This document shows positions 54,881 to 64,000 of a stretch of 64,000 nucleotides of DNA, one piece after another. Each line of letters opens with the position of its first letter. Position 1 is the first letter of the stretch. The stretch is from Escherichia coli (lineage in GTDB: Bacteria; Pseudomonadota; Gammaproteobacteria; Enterobacterales; Enterobacteriaceae). Both the position numbers and the translations under genes were made by a program. The notes below the pieces were generated by a model. That model saw only the letters and a list, made by a program, of their open reading frames with translations, ran no database searches and was not told the origin of the DNA. Where the stretch lies: NCBI RefSeq assembly GCF_013122565.1, contig NZ_CP053258.1. One strand, given 5' to 3'.

Positions 54881-55128
54881 TTAAAATGACACGCATTGCA
54901 GCGTGCTTTAATGGGTTTCTCACGATCGTACCGCTCTGCTCCTCGCTAAGTTGTTCTGTGAGTTATAGTTATAGAGAAATCACGGGTACGAATGTTGAAC
55001 AGATGGCGACGCCATCTGTTCAACGACCAACCACACGGCCCTCATTACGACCCCTGAACACAAACGGTAATGGCAAATGTCATTAAATATTAGTAAGATA
55101 GCCTCTTTACATAAAATCCCTTAATATT

Positions 55129-56772
55129 ATGCGCCAGGTATTATCGTCTCTTTTGGTGATTGCTGGACTTGTGAGTGGTCAGGCAATCGCCGCGCCTGAA
55201 TCCCCCCCGCATGCTGATATCCGCGACAGCGGTTTTGTCTATTGCGTCAGCGGGCAAGTCAACACCTTTAACCCATCCAAAGCGAGCAGTGGGTTAATTG
55301 TCGATACCCTTGCCGCCCAGTTTTATGATCGACTGCTGGATGTCGATCCCTATACCTATCGCCTGATGCCGGAACTTGCCGAAAGCTGGGAAGTACTCGA
55401 CAACGGCGCGACCTATCGCTTCCACCTGCGTCGCGATGTTCCGTTTCAAAAAACCGACTGGTTTACTCCCACTCGTAAAATGAATGCCGACGATGTGGTG
55501 TTTTCCTTCCAGCGAATTTTTGACCGCAACAACCCGTGGCATAACGTCAACGGCAGCAACTTCCCCTACTTCGACAGCCTGCAATTTGCCGATAACGTGA
55601 AAAGCGTCCGTAAACTGGATAATCATACCGTTGAGTTCCGTCTGGCTCAGCCGGATGCTTCTTTTTTGTGGCACCTCGCAACCCATTATGCTTCGGTCAT
55701 GTCGGCAGAATATGCCCGGAAGTTAGAGAAAGAAGATCGCCAGGAGCAACTCGACCGTCAACCGGTCGGCACTGGACCGTATCAGTTGTCGGAATACCGC
55801 GCCGGGCAATTTATTCGCCTACAACGTCATGATGACTTCTGGCGCGGTAAACCGTTAATGCCGCAGGTGGTGGTGGATTTAGGCTCCGGCGGCACCGGAC
55901 GTCTGTCGAAACTCCTGACCGGGGAATGCGACGTTCTGGCCTGGCCTGCTGCCAGCCAGCTATCCATTTTGCGTGACGACCCGCGCTTGCGTTTAACGCT
56001 GCGTCCTGGGATGAACGTCGCCTATCTGGCATTTAACACCGCCAAACCGCCGCTAAATAATCCCGCTGTCCGCCATGCGCTGGCACTGGCGATTAATAAC
56101 CAGCGCCTGATGCAATCCATCTATTATGGTACGGCTGAAACGGCGGCCTCTATTTTACCGCGCGCCTCGTGGGCCTATGACAACGAGGCTAAAATTACTG
56201 AATACAATCCGGCGAAATCGCGCGAACAGTTGAAGGCGTTGGGGCTGGAAAACTTAACGCTGAAACTGTGGGTGCCAACACGTTCGCAGGCGTGGAACCC
56301 CAGTCCACTGAAAACCGCCGAACTGATTCAGGCGGATATGGCGCAGGTTGGCGTAAAAGTGGTGATTGTGCCGGTAGAAGGTCGCTTTCAGGAGGCGCGG
56401 TTGATGGATATGAGCCATGATCTGACGTTATCCGGTTGGGCGACGGACAGTAACGACCCGGACAGTTTCTTCCGTCCGTTACTGAGCTGCGCAGCAATTC
56501 ATTCACAGACCAACCTCGCCCACTGGTGCGATCCGAAATTCGACAGCGTATTGCGTAAGGCGCTCTCCTCGCAGCAACTGGCGGCGCGCATTGAAGCCTA
56601 TGACGAAGCGCAGAGTATTCTGGCGCAGGAATTGCCCATTTTGCCGCTGGCGTCGTCATTGCGTTTGCAGGCCTATCGGTACGATATCAAAGGTCTGGTA
56701 CTTAGCCCGTTTGGTAACGCCTCCTTTGCTGGGGTGTATCGCGAGAAACAGGATGAGGTGAAAAAACCATGA
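55129..56772 (+). CDS. sapA: Periplasmic peptide-binding protein SapA (547 aa)
   Basis: Signal peptide and family 5 SBP. Matches remembered SapA. Confidence 0.95.
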   Translation: MRQVLSSLLVIAGLVSGQAIAAPESPPHADIRDSGFVYCVSGQVNTFNPSKASSGLIVDTLAAQFYDRLLDVDPYTYRLMPELAESWEVLDNGATYRFHLRRDVPFQKTDWFTPTRKMNADDVVFSFQRIFDRNNPWHNVNGSNFPYFDSLQFADNVKSVRKLDNHTVEFRLAQPDASFLWHLATHYASVMSAEYARKLEKEDRQEQLDRQPVGTGPYQLSEYRAGQFIRLQRHDDFWRGKPLMPQVVVDLGSGGTGRLSKLLTGECDVLAWPAASQLSILRDDPRLRLTLRPGMNVAYLAFNTAKPPLNNPAVRHALALAINNQRLMQSIYYGTAETAASILPRASWAYDNEAKITEYNPAKSREQLKALGLENLTLKLWVPTRSQAWNPSPLKTAELIQADMAQVGVKVVIVPVEGRFQEARLMDMSHDLTLSGWATDSNDPDSFFRPLLSCAAIHSQTNLAHWCDPKFDSVLRKALSSQQLAARIEAYDEAQSILAQELPILPLASSLRLQAYRYDIKGLVLSPFGNASFAGVYREKQDEVKKP

Positions 56773-57734
56773 TTATCTTCACCTTACGCCGCATTTTGTT
56801 ATTGATTGTCACCTTGTTCCTGCTGACCTTCGTTGGCTTCAGCTTGAGCTATTTCACTCCACACGCGCCGTTACAAGGCGCGTCACTGTGGAATGCCTGG
56901 GTGTTCTGGTTTAACGGTCTGATCCACTGGGATTTTGGTGTTTCCAGTATTAACGGTCAACCGATTGCCGAACAGTTAAAAGAGGTCTTCCCGGCGACGA
57001 TGGAACTGTGCATACTCGCCTTCGGTTTTGCGCTGATTGTTGGCATCCCCGTAGGGATGATTGCCGGGATTACGCGCCATAAGTGGCAGGATAACTTGAT
57101 CAACGCCATCGCCTTACTGGGTTTTTCCATCCCGGTGTTCTGGCTGGCGCTTCTGTTGACGCTGTTTTGTTCACTCACGCTAGGTTGGTTGCCCGTTTCA
57201 GGGCGTTTCGATCTGCTCTACGAAGTGAAACCGATTACCGGTTTTGCGTTGATTGATGCCTGGCTTTCGGACTCACCATGGCGGGATGAAATGGTCATGA
57301 GCGCAATCCGCCATATGATATTGCCCGTGATCACCCTGTCGGTTGCGCCAACAACTGAAGTGATCCGCCTGATGCGTATCAGCACTATCGAAGTGTATGA
57401 CCAGAACTATGTTAAAGCGGCGGCGACCCGCGGTTTGTCACGCTTTACTATTTTGCGTCGCCATGTTCTGCATAACGCGTTACCTCCGGTTATTCCTCGC
57501 CTGGGCTTACAGTTTTCTACCATGCTGACGCTGGCGATGATCACCGAAATGGTTTTTAGCTGGCCGGGTTTAGGGCGCTGGTTAATTAACGCCATCCGCC
57601 AGCAGGATTACGCAGCCATTTCCGCCGGAGTGATGGTGTGTGGCTCACTGGTTATTATTGTTAACGTGATTTCTGATATTTTGGGTGCCATGGCTAACCC
57701 TCTGAAACATAAGGAATGGTATGCCTTACGATAG
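56769..57734 (+). CDS. sapB: ABC permease SapB (321 aa)
   Basis: DppB-like permease. Overlaps the sapA stop. Confidence 0.95.
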   Translation: MIIFTLRRILLLIVTLFLLTFVGFSLSYFTPHAPLQGASLWNAWVFWFNGLIHWDFGVSSINGQPIAEQLKEVFPATMELCILAFGFALIVGIPVGMIAGITRHKWQDNLINAIALLGFSIPVFWLALLLTLFCSLTLGWLPVSGRFDLLYEVKPITGFALIDAWLSDSPWRDEMVMSAIRHMILPVITLSVAPTTEVIRLMRISTIEVYDQNYVKAAATRGLSRFTILRRHVLHNALPPVIPRLGLQFSTMLTLAMITEMVFSWPGLGRWLINAIRQQDYAAISAGVMVCGSLVIIVNVISDILGAMANPLKHKEWYALR

Positions 57735-58611
57735 CGTATACAGCGAAAAGCGCCCGCCGGGCACGCTGCGTACCGCCTGGCGCAAATTTTATAGTGACGC
57801 CTCTGCGATGGTCGGTCTGTACGGCTGCGCGGGGCTGGCTGTACTGTGTATTTTTGGCGGCTGGTTTGCGCCTTACGGCATCGACCAGCAATTTCTCGGT
57901 TACCAATTATTGCCGCCGTCATGGTCGCGCTATGGCGAAGTTTCTTTCTTTCTGGGGACTGACGACCTCGGACGCGATGTTTTAAGCCGTTTACTGAGCG
58001 GAGCTGCGCCAACCGTGGGTGGCGCATTTGTGGTGACGCTTGCCGCGACGATCTGTGGCCTGGTACTGGGCACCTTCGCCGGGGCAACGCACGGCCTACG
58101 ATCAGCAGTGCTTAACCATATTCTGGATACCTTACTGGCGCTCCCTTCCCTGCTGTTGGCAATTATCGTTGTAGCGTTTGCCGGACCGAGTTTGTCCCAC
58201 GCCATGTTTGCTGTCTGGCTGGCATTGCTGCCGCGTATGGTACGTTCGATTTACAGCATGGTGCATGACGAACTGGAAAAAGAGTACGTTATCGCCGCCC
58301 GTCTGGATGGCGCATCAACGCTGAATATTCTCTGGTTTGCTGTGATGCCAAACATCACCGCCGGGCTGGTCACCGAGATCACCCGCGCACTGTCGATGGC
58401 AATTCTCGATATCGCCGCGCTGGGCTTTCTCGATCTCGGCGCACAACTCCCCTCGCCTGAATGGGGAGCGATGCTCGGTGATGCGCTGGAACTGATTTAT
58501 GTCGCCCCGTGGACTGTCATGCTGCCAGGTGCGGCAATTATGATTAGCGTGCTGTTGGTTAACCTCCTTGGCGACGGTGTCCGTCGTGCAATTATTGCGG
58601 GGGTGGAATAA
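57721..58611 (+). CDS. sapC: ABC permease SapC (296 aa)
   Basis: DppC-like permease. Confidence 0.95.
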
Positions 58612-59603
58612 TGCCATTACTCGATATTCGTAACCTGACCATTGAATTTAAAACCGGGGATGAGTGGGTTAAGGCAGTTGACCGCGTAAGCATGACCTTA
58701 ACCGAAGGTGAAATCCGCGGTCTTGTTGGCGAATCCGGCTCCGGCAAAAGTTTGATTGCGAAAGCGATTTGTGGGGTGAATAAAGATAACTGGCGTGTTA
58801 CTGCTGACCGTATGCGTTTTGATGATATCGATTTGCTGCGTCTCTCCGCACGCGAACGACGCAAGCTGGTTGGTCACAACGTGTCGATGATTTTCCAGGA
58901 ACCGCAGTCGTGTCTTGATCCTTCAGAACGAGTGGGTCGCCAGTTGATGCAAAACATCCCAGCCTGGACCTATAAAGGCCGTTGGTGGCAGCGTTTTGGC
59001 TGGCGCAAACGCCGTGCCATTGAACTGCTGCACCGCGTGGGGATTAAAGATCACAAAGATGCGATGCGCAGTTTTCCCTATGAGTTGACCGAAGGTGAAT
59101 GTCAGAAAGTGATGATAGCCATTGCACTGGCGAATCAACCGCGTCTGCTGATTGCTGACGAACCGACCAACTCAATGGAGCCAACAACCCAGGCGCAAAT
59201 CTTTCGCCTGCTGACGCGTCTCAACCAAAACAGCAATACCACTATTTTGCTTATCAGCCATGACTTACAAATGCTTAGCCAATGGGCGGATAAAATTAAC
59301 GTGCTTTACTGCGGTCAAACGGTGGAAACCGCGCCGAGTAAGGAGTTGGTGACGATGCCACATCATCCTTATACCCAGGCGCTGATCCGCGCGATACCAG
59401 ACTTCGGCAGCGCGATGCCGCATAAAAGTCGCCTCAATACGTTGCCCGGCGCTATCCCACTGCTGGAACAGTTACCGATTGGTTGTCGTCTGGGGCCACG
59501 TTGCCCGTATGCACAACGAGAATGCATTGTGACGCCACGTTTGACGGGGGCGAAAAATCATCTCTATGCCTGTCATTTCCCGCTGAACATGGAGAAAGAG
59601 TGA
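58611..59603 (+). CDS. sapD: ABC ATPase SapD (330 aa)
   Basis: Walker A is GESGSGKS; degenerate signature motif. Matches remembered SapD. Confidence 0.95.
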
Positions 59604-59604
59604 G

Positions 59605-60411
59605 ATGATCGAAACGTTGCTTGAAGTGCGTAATTTAAGTAAAACGTTCCGCTACCGGACCGGCTGGTTTCGTCGTCAAACCGTAGAAGCGGTAAAACCC
59701 TTGAGCTTTACGCTACGTGAAGGCCAGACACTGGCGATTATCGGCGAGAATGGTTCGGGTAAATCGACGCTGGCAAAAATGCTGGCGGGAATGATAGAAC
59801 CTACCAGCGGCGAGTTATTGATTGACGATCATCCGCTGCATTTTGGCGATTATTCCTTCCGTAGTCAGCGTATTCGCATGATTTTTCAGGATCCTTCGAC
59901 CTCGTTGAATCCCCGTCAACGTATCTCGCAAATCCTGGATTTTCCACTGCGTCTGAACACCGACCTGGAACCGGAACAGCGTCGTAAACAGATTATTGAA
60001 ACGATGCGTATGGTTGGGCTGCTACCGGATCACGTCAGTTACTATCCGCATATGTTGGCCCCCGGGCAAAAACAGCGTCTGGGTCTGGCGCGCGCGCTGA
60101 TATTGCGCCCAAAAGTCATTATTGCCGATGAAGCCCTCGCCTCACTGGATATGTCGATGCGTTCGCAGTTGATTAATCTGATGCTGGAGTTACAGGAAAA
60201 ACAGGGCATTTCGTATATTTATGTTACCCAGCATATCGGAATGATGAAGCACATTAGCGACCAGGTGCTGGTGATGCATCAGGGCGAGGTTGTCGAGCGA
60301 GGCAGCACCGCGGATGTGCTGGCATCACCGCTGCATGAACTCACCAAACGGCTGATTGCCGGGCATTTTGGCGAAGCATTAACAGCGGATGCGTGGCGTA
60401 AAGATCGCTAA
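59605..60411 (+). CDS. sapF: ABC ATPase SapF (268 aa)
   Basis: Walker A is GENGSGKST. Matches remembered SapF. Confidence 0.95.
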   Translation: MIETLLEVRNLSKTFRYRTGWFRRQTVEAVKPLSFTLREGQTLAIIGENGSGKSTLAKMLAGMIEPTSGELLIDDHPLHFGDYSFRSQRIRMIFQDPSTSLNPRQRISQILDFPLRLNTDLEPEQRRKQIIETMRMVGLLPDHVSYYPHMLAPGQKQRLGLARALILRPKVIIADEALASLDMSMRSQLINLMLELQEKQGISYIYVTQHIGMMKHISDQVLVMHQGEVVERGSTADVLASPLHELTKRLIAGHFGEALTADAWRKDR

Positions 60412-60438
60412 TTTTCTGAATCCTCCTTCCAGATTATC

Positions 60439-60481
60439 CACCTCATTCTGACAAGAGATTAAATCTTGTCAGAATGAGGTG
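60439..60481 (+). promoter_or_regulatory. Perfect 18-bp stem / 7-nt loop hairpin spanning the ycjD SD and GTG start
   Basis: CACCTCATTCTGACAAGA-gattaaa-TCTTGTCAGAATGAGGTG. The right arm contains GAGGTG, which is the SD plus the start codon at 60479. Confidence 0.75.
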
Positions 60482-60832
60482 ATGGATAAAATAAAATCAA
60501 ATGCGCGTGATTTAAGACGCAATCTCACTTTACAGGAACGAAAGCTCTGGCGATATCTTCGCAGCCGACGTTTTGGTGATTTCAAATTTCGCCGTCAACA
60601 TCCGGTGGGGAGCTACATTCTCGATTTTGCTTGCTGCTCGGCGCGTGTAGTCGTTGAGCTGGATGGTGGGCAGCATGATTTGGCAGTTGCCTATGATTCC
60701 AGGCGCACTAGCTGGCTTGAGTCGCAGGGCTGGACCGTGCTGCGTTTCTGGAATAACGAGATTGATTGTAATGAGGAGACGGTGCTGGAGATTATTCTGC
60801 AGGAACTGAACCGCCGGTCACCCTCACCCTGA
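60479..60832 (+). CDS. ycjD: DUF559 (Vsr-like endonuclease fold) protein YcjD (117 aa, GTG start, or ATG at 60482)
   Basis: MMDKIKSNARDLRRNLTLQERKLWRYLR... matches remembered YcjD. Confidence 0.88.
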   Translation: MMDKIKSNARDLRRNLTLQERKLWRYLRSRRFGDFKFRRQHPVGSYILDFACCSARVVVELDGGQHDLAVAYDSRRTSWLESQGWTVLRFWNNEIDCNEETVLEIILQELNRRSPSP

Positions 60833-60880
60833 AAGGGCGAGGGGGCCGACCGAGCCGAATAGCTGTTGTGGTGAAAACAT

Positions 60881-60950
60881 GGAGACAGTGCTGGAGAATA
60901 TTCGGCAAGGTCTGAACCATCCCAGCCATCGCCATAAAAGGGTTAGGGGC
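60881..60950 (+). repeat. Degenerate tandem copy of the ycjD 3' end (DUF559 C-terminal remnant)
   Basis: By hand alignment, 60881-60918 matches 60775-60812 at 32 of 38 nt (ETVLENIRQGLNH versus ETVLEIILQELNR). Each copy is followed by AAAGGG(C/T)(G/T)AGGGG. Confidence 0.65.
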
Positions 60951-60995
60951 TGTATGAGCCTGTTTGTTGCTGGGGTAACAATATTTGCACAATAC

Positions 60996-61035
60996 GGTCC
61001 CCTCGCCCCTCTGGGGAGAGGGTTAGGGTGAGGGG
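60996..61035. repeat. GC-rich imperfect palindromic intergenic repeat (possibly BoxC family)
   Basis: GGTCCCCTCGCCCCTCTGGGGAGAGGGTTAGGGTGAGGGG. It is related to CCCTCACCCTGAAAGGGCGAGGGGG at 60820-60847, which overlaps the ycjD stop. The family name is from memory and uncertain. Confidence 0.5.
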
Positions 61036-61199
61036 AAAAGCGCCCACCCTGCCGCAGCCTGCTCCGGTCGGACCTGGCAACTATAGCTACTCACAGCCAG
61101 GTTGATTATAATAACCGTTTATCTGTTCGTACTGTTTACTAAAACGACGAATCGCCTGATTTTCAGGCACAACAAGCATCAACAATAAGGATTAAAGCT

Positions 61200-61988
61200 A
61201 TGGGTTTTCTTTCCGGTAAGCGCATTCTGGTAACCGGTGTTGCCAGCAAACTGTCCATCGCCTACGGTATCGCTCAGGCGATGCACCGCGAAGGAGCTGA
61301 ACTGGCATTCACCTACCAGAACGACAAACTGAAAGGCCGCGTAGAAGAATTTGCCGCTCAATTGGGTTCTGACATCGTTCTGCAGTGCGATGTTGCCGAA
61401 GATGCCAGCATCGACACCATGTTCGCTGAACTGGGGAAAGTTTGGCCGAAGTTTGACGGTTTCGTACACTCTATTGGTTTTGCACCTGGCGATCAGCTGG
61501 ATGGTGACTATGTTAACGCCGTTACTCGTGAAGGCTTCAAAATTGCCCACGACATCAGCTCCTACAGCTTCGTTGCAATGGCAAAAGCTTGCCGCTCCAT
61601 GCTGAATCCGGGTTCTGCCCTGCTGACCCTTTCCTACCTTGGCGCTGAGCGCGCTATCCCGAACTACAACGTTATGGGTCTGGCAAAAGCGTCTCTGGAA
61701 GCGAACGTGCGCTATATGGCGAACGCGATGGGTCCGGAAGGTGTGCGTGTTAACGCCATCTCTGCTGGTCCGATCCGTACTCTGGCGGCCTCCGGTATCA
61801 AAGACTTCCGCAAAATGCTGGCTCATTGCGAAGCCGTTACCCCGATTCGCCGTACCGTTACTATTGAAGATGTGGGTAACTCTGCGGCATTCCTGTGCTC
61901 CGATCTATCTGCCGGTATCTCCGGTGAAGTGGTCCACGTGGACGGCGGTTTCAGCATTGCTGCAATGAACGAACTCGAGCTGAAATAA
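61200..61988 (+). CDS. fabI: Enoyl-ACP reductase FabI (262 aa)
   Basis: [40 protein letters not shown]... matches remembered FabI. Confidence 0.98.
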
Positions 61989-62007
61989 TCGTTCTGTTGG
62001 TAAAGAT

Positions 62008-62034
62008 GGGCGGCGTTCTGCCGCCCGTTATCTC
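62008..62034 (+). terminator. Terminator after fabI
   Basis: GGGCGGC-gttct-GCCGCCC hairpin followed by a T-rich tract. Confidence 0.55.
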
Positions 62035-62131
62035 TGTTATACCTTTCTGATATTTGTTATCGCCGATCCGTCTTTCTCCCCTTCCCGCCTTGCGTCAGGA
62101 TAACGATTTCCTTTACGACCAAGGAGCGCCC

Positions 62132-63259
62132 ATGGAACAACGCCACATCACCGGCAAAAGCCACTGGTATCATGAAACGCAATCCAGTACTACGGAGTAT
62201 GACGTTCTGCCTCTGGTCCCGGAAGCCGCAAAGGTCAGCGATCCCTTTCTACTCGACGTGATCCTTGAAAAAGAAACGCTGGCCCCCTTCCTTTCATGGC
62301 TGGACCCTGCGCGTGTTCTTGCAGTGGATTTGTTCCCTGACCAGCTTACCGTGACCCGTTCACAGACCTTCACCGCTTATGAACGCTTGTCGACGGCCCT
62401 GACGGTTGCTCAGGTTTGCGGCGTCCAGCGGTTATGTAACTACTATTCGGCGCGACTTACGCCGCTCCCCGGGCCTGATTCCACCAGGGAAAGTAATCAT
62501 CGGTTGGCACAAATCACGCAATATGCCCGCCAACTGGCTAGCTCGCCTTCTATTATCGACAACCGATCGCGCCAGCATCTGAATGACGTCGGTCTTACTG
62601 CCTGGGACTGTGTGATCATTAACCAAATCATTGGTTTTATTGGCTTTCAGGCGCGGACAATTGCGACATTTCAGGCTTATCTCGGGCATCCGGTACGCTG
62701 GTTACCCGGGCTGGAGATACAAAACTACGCCGACGCGTCACTGTTTGCTGATGAATCATTACGCTGGCGAAGCAGCTATGAGGTGGAAAAACTACCTGAA
62801 GAGCACACAAAAAGTTCAACTGCAGAACTTTGCCAACTGGCCGAAATACTCTCTCTCCACCCTATTTCACTTTCCCTTCTCGAAAAGTTATTAAACAGCA
62901 CACGGGTCAATACACAGCCGGATAATCAGCTTGCGGCGTTGTTATGCGCGCGTATAAATGGCAGTCCTGCTTGTTTTGCCGCCTGTATGGATTCATCAAA
63001 TGAATATAAAAAAATCAGCCCCCTTCTGCGCAAGGGCGAAAATGAAATTAACCGATGGGCTGACCGTCATTCTGTTGAGCGCGCTACCGTTCAGGCGATA
63101 CAATGGCTGACCCGAGCACCCGATCGCTTTAGCGCCGCCCAGTTCAGCCCTTTACTCGAACACGAAAAATCATCAACGCAGATTATTAATCTGCTGGTAT
63201 GGAGCGGGCTGTGTGGCTGGATAAATCGCTTAAAAATCGCGTTGGGTGAGACATATTAA
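62132..63259 (+). CDS. yciW: AhpD-like/CMD-family protein YciW (375 aa)
   Basis: [19 protein letters not shown]... matches remembered YciW. AAGGAG SD lies upstream. The track start at 62054 adds 26 aa. Confidence 0.88.
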   Translation: MEQRHITGKSHWYHETQSSTTEYDVLPLVPEAAKVSDPFLLDVILEKETLAPFLSWLDPARVLAVDLFPDQLTVTRSQTFTAYERLSTALTVAQVCGVQRLCNYYSARLTPLPGPDSTRESNHRLAQITQYARQLASSPSIIDNRSRQHLNDVGLTAWDCVIINQIIGFIGFQARTIATFQAYLGHPVRWLPGLEIQNYADASLFADESLRWRSSYEVEKLPEEHTKSSTAELCQLAEILSLHPISLSLLEKLLNSTRVNTQPDNQLAALLCARINGSPACFAACMDSSNEYKKISPLLRKGENEINRWADRHSVERATVQAIQWLTRAPDRFSAAQFSPLLEHEKSSTQIINLLVWSGLCGWINRLKIALGETY

Positions 63260-63326
63260 CCTTGCCGCGTCAGACAGATTCGCGTAAAACTGTCAGCCGC
63301 TCTAATGGCCACCAAAATAGACAATT

Positions 63327-64000
63327 ATGTTTCAGGACAACCCGCTGCTAGCGCAGCTTAAACAGCAACTGCATTCCCAGACGCCACGCGCTGAAGGGGT
63401 GGTAAAAGCCACAGAAAAAGGCTTTGGCTTCCTGGAAGTCGACGCGCAAAAAAGTTATTTCATTCCGCCGCCGCAGATGAAAAAAGTCATGCATGGCGAC
63501 CGAATTATCGCGGTGATCCACAGTGAAAAAGAACGTGAATCCGCAGAGCCAGAAGAACTGGTTGAACCGTTCCTGACTCGTTTCGTGGGTAAAGTTCAGG
63601 GCAAAAATGACCGTCTGGCCATCGTTCCTGATCATCCACTCTTAAAAGACGCCATTCCTTGCCGCGCAGCCCGTGGCCTGAACCACGAGTTTAAAGAAGG
63701 GGACTGGGCGGTTGCCGAAATGCGCCGTCATCCGCTGAAAGGCGATCGTTCTTTCTATGCTGAACTGACACAATACATCACTTTTGGTGACGACCACTTT
63801 GTACCGTGGTGGGTTACACTTGCGCGCCATAATCTGGAAAAAGAAGCACCAGACGGTGTCGCTACCGAAATGCTCGATGAAGGTCTGGTTCGTGAAGATC
63901 TGACCGCGCTGGATTTTGTCACCATCGACAGTGCCAGCACGGAAGATATGGATGACGCCCTTTTCGCTAAGGCGTTGCCGGATGACAAACTTCAGCTGAT
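63327..64000 (+). CDS. rnb: Exoribonuclease II (RNase II), N-terminal 224 aa; the 3' end runs off the window
   Basis: Hand translation from the ATG at 63327 gives [60 protein letters not shown]... It stays open to the window edge and matches remembered Rnb. It is absent from the ORF track because no stop codon is reached. Confidence 0.93.

Noticed and set aside
54826-55086. 86-aa + strand ORF between ymjA and sapA.
   Set aside because: It reads through a REP element and the 15-bp palindrome, and has neither an SD nor a recognisable protein signature.

Overview
This window is Escherichia coli core chromosome. It is collinear, in reverse orientation, with the K-12 segment ompN-uspF-ttcA-dbpA-zntB-dgcM-smrA-abgRABT-ogt-fnr-uspE-ynaJ-ynaI-mppA-mpaA-ycjG-tpx-tyrR-ycjF-ycjX-ycjW-ompG-ycjVUTSRQPONM-pspEDCBA/pspF-puuEBCRD/puuAP-ymjA-sapABCDF-ycjD-fabI-yciW-rnb. 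Nearly every long ORF was recognised by reading its translation against remembered K-12 proteins; no alignments or searches were run. Two sRNAs (FnrS, McaS) match remembered sequences essentially base for base. Several textbook regulatory sites and REP/BIME repeats are readable: FNR boxes, a TyrR box, the pspA sigma54 promoter and PuuR boxes. I saw no rRNA, tRNA, CRISPR array, transposase, integrase or prophage. Five differences from my memory of K-12 stand out. (1) A roughly 2.1 kb ORF (680-698 aa, no family I recognise) lies between the convergent tpx and tyrR genes. It is the only real candidate for something undescribed. (2) uspF abuts ttcA, so there is no Rac prophage. (3) There is no IS5 between ynaJ and ynaI. 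(4) mppA and mpaA are directly divergent, so ycjY-ymjD-ymjC and pgrR are absent. (5) ycjV is an intact 360-aa ORF, whereas K-12 carries it as a pseudogene. Smaller observations are an X-Pro-repeat small ORF with a strong SD between fnrS and dbpA, a perfect 18-bp hairpin covering the ycjD start, and a partial tandem duplication of the ycjD 3' end embedded in GC-rich palindromes. I did not find a multi-gene novel system. Most of the window is well-characterised housekeeping and stress loci.
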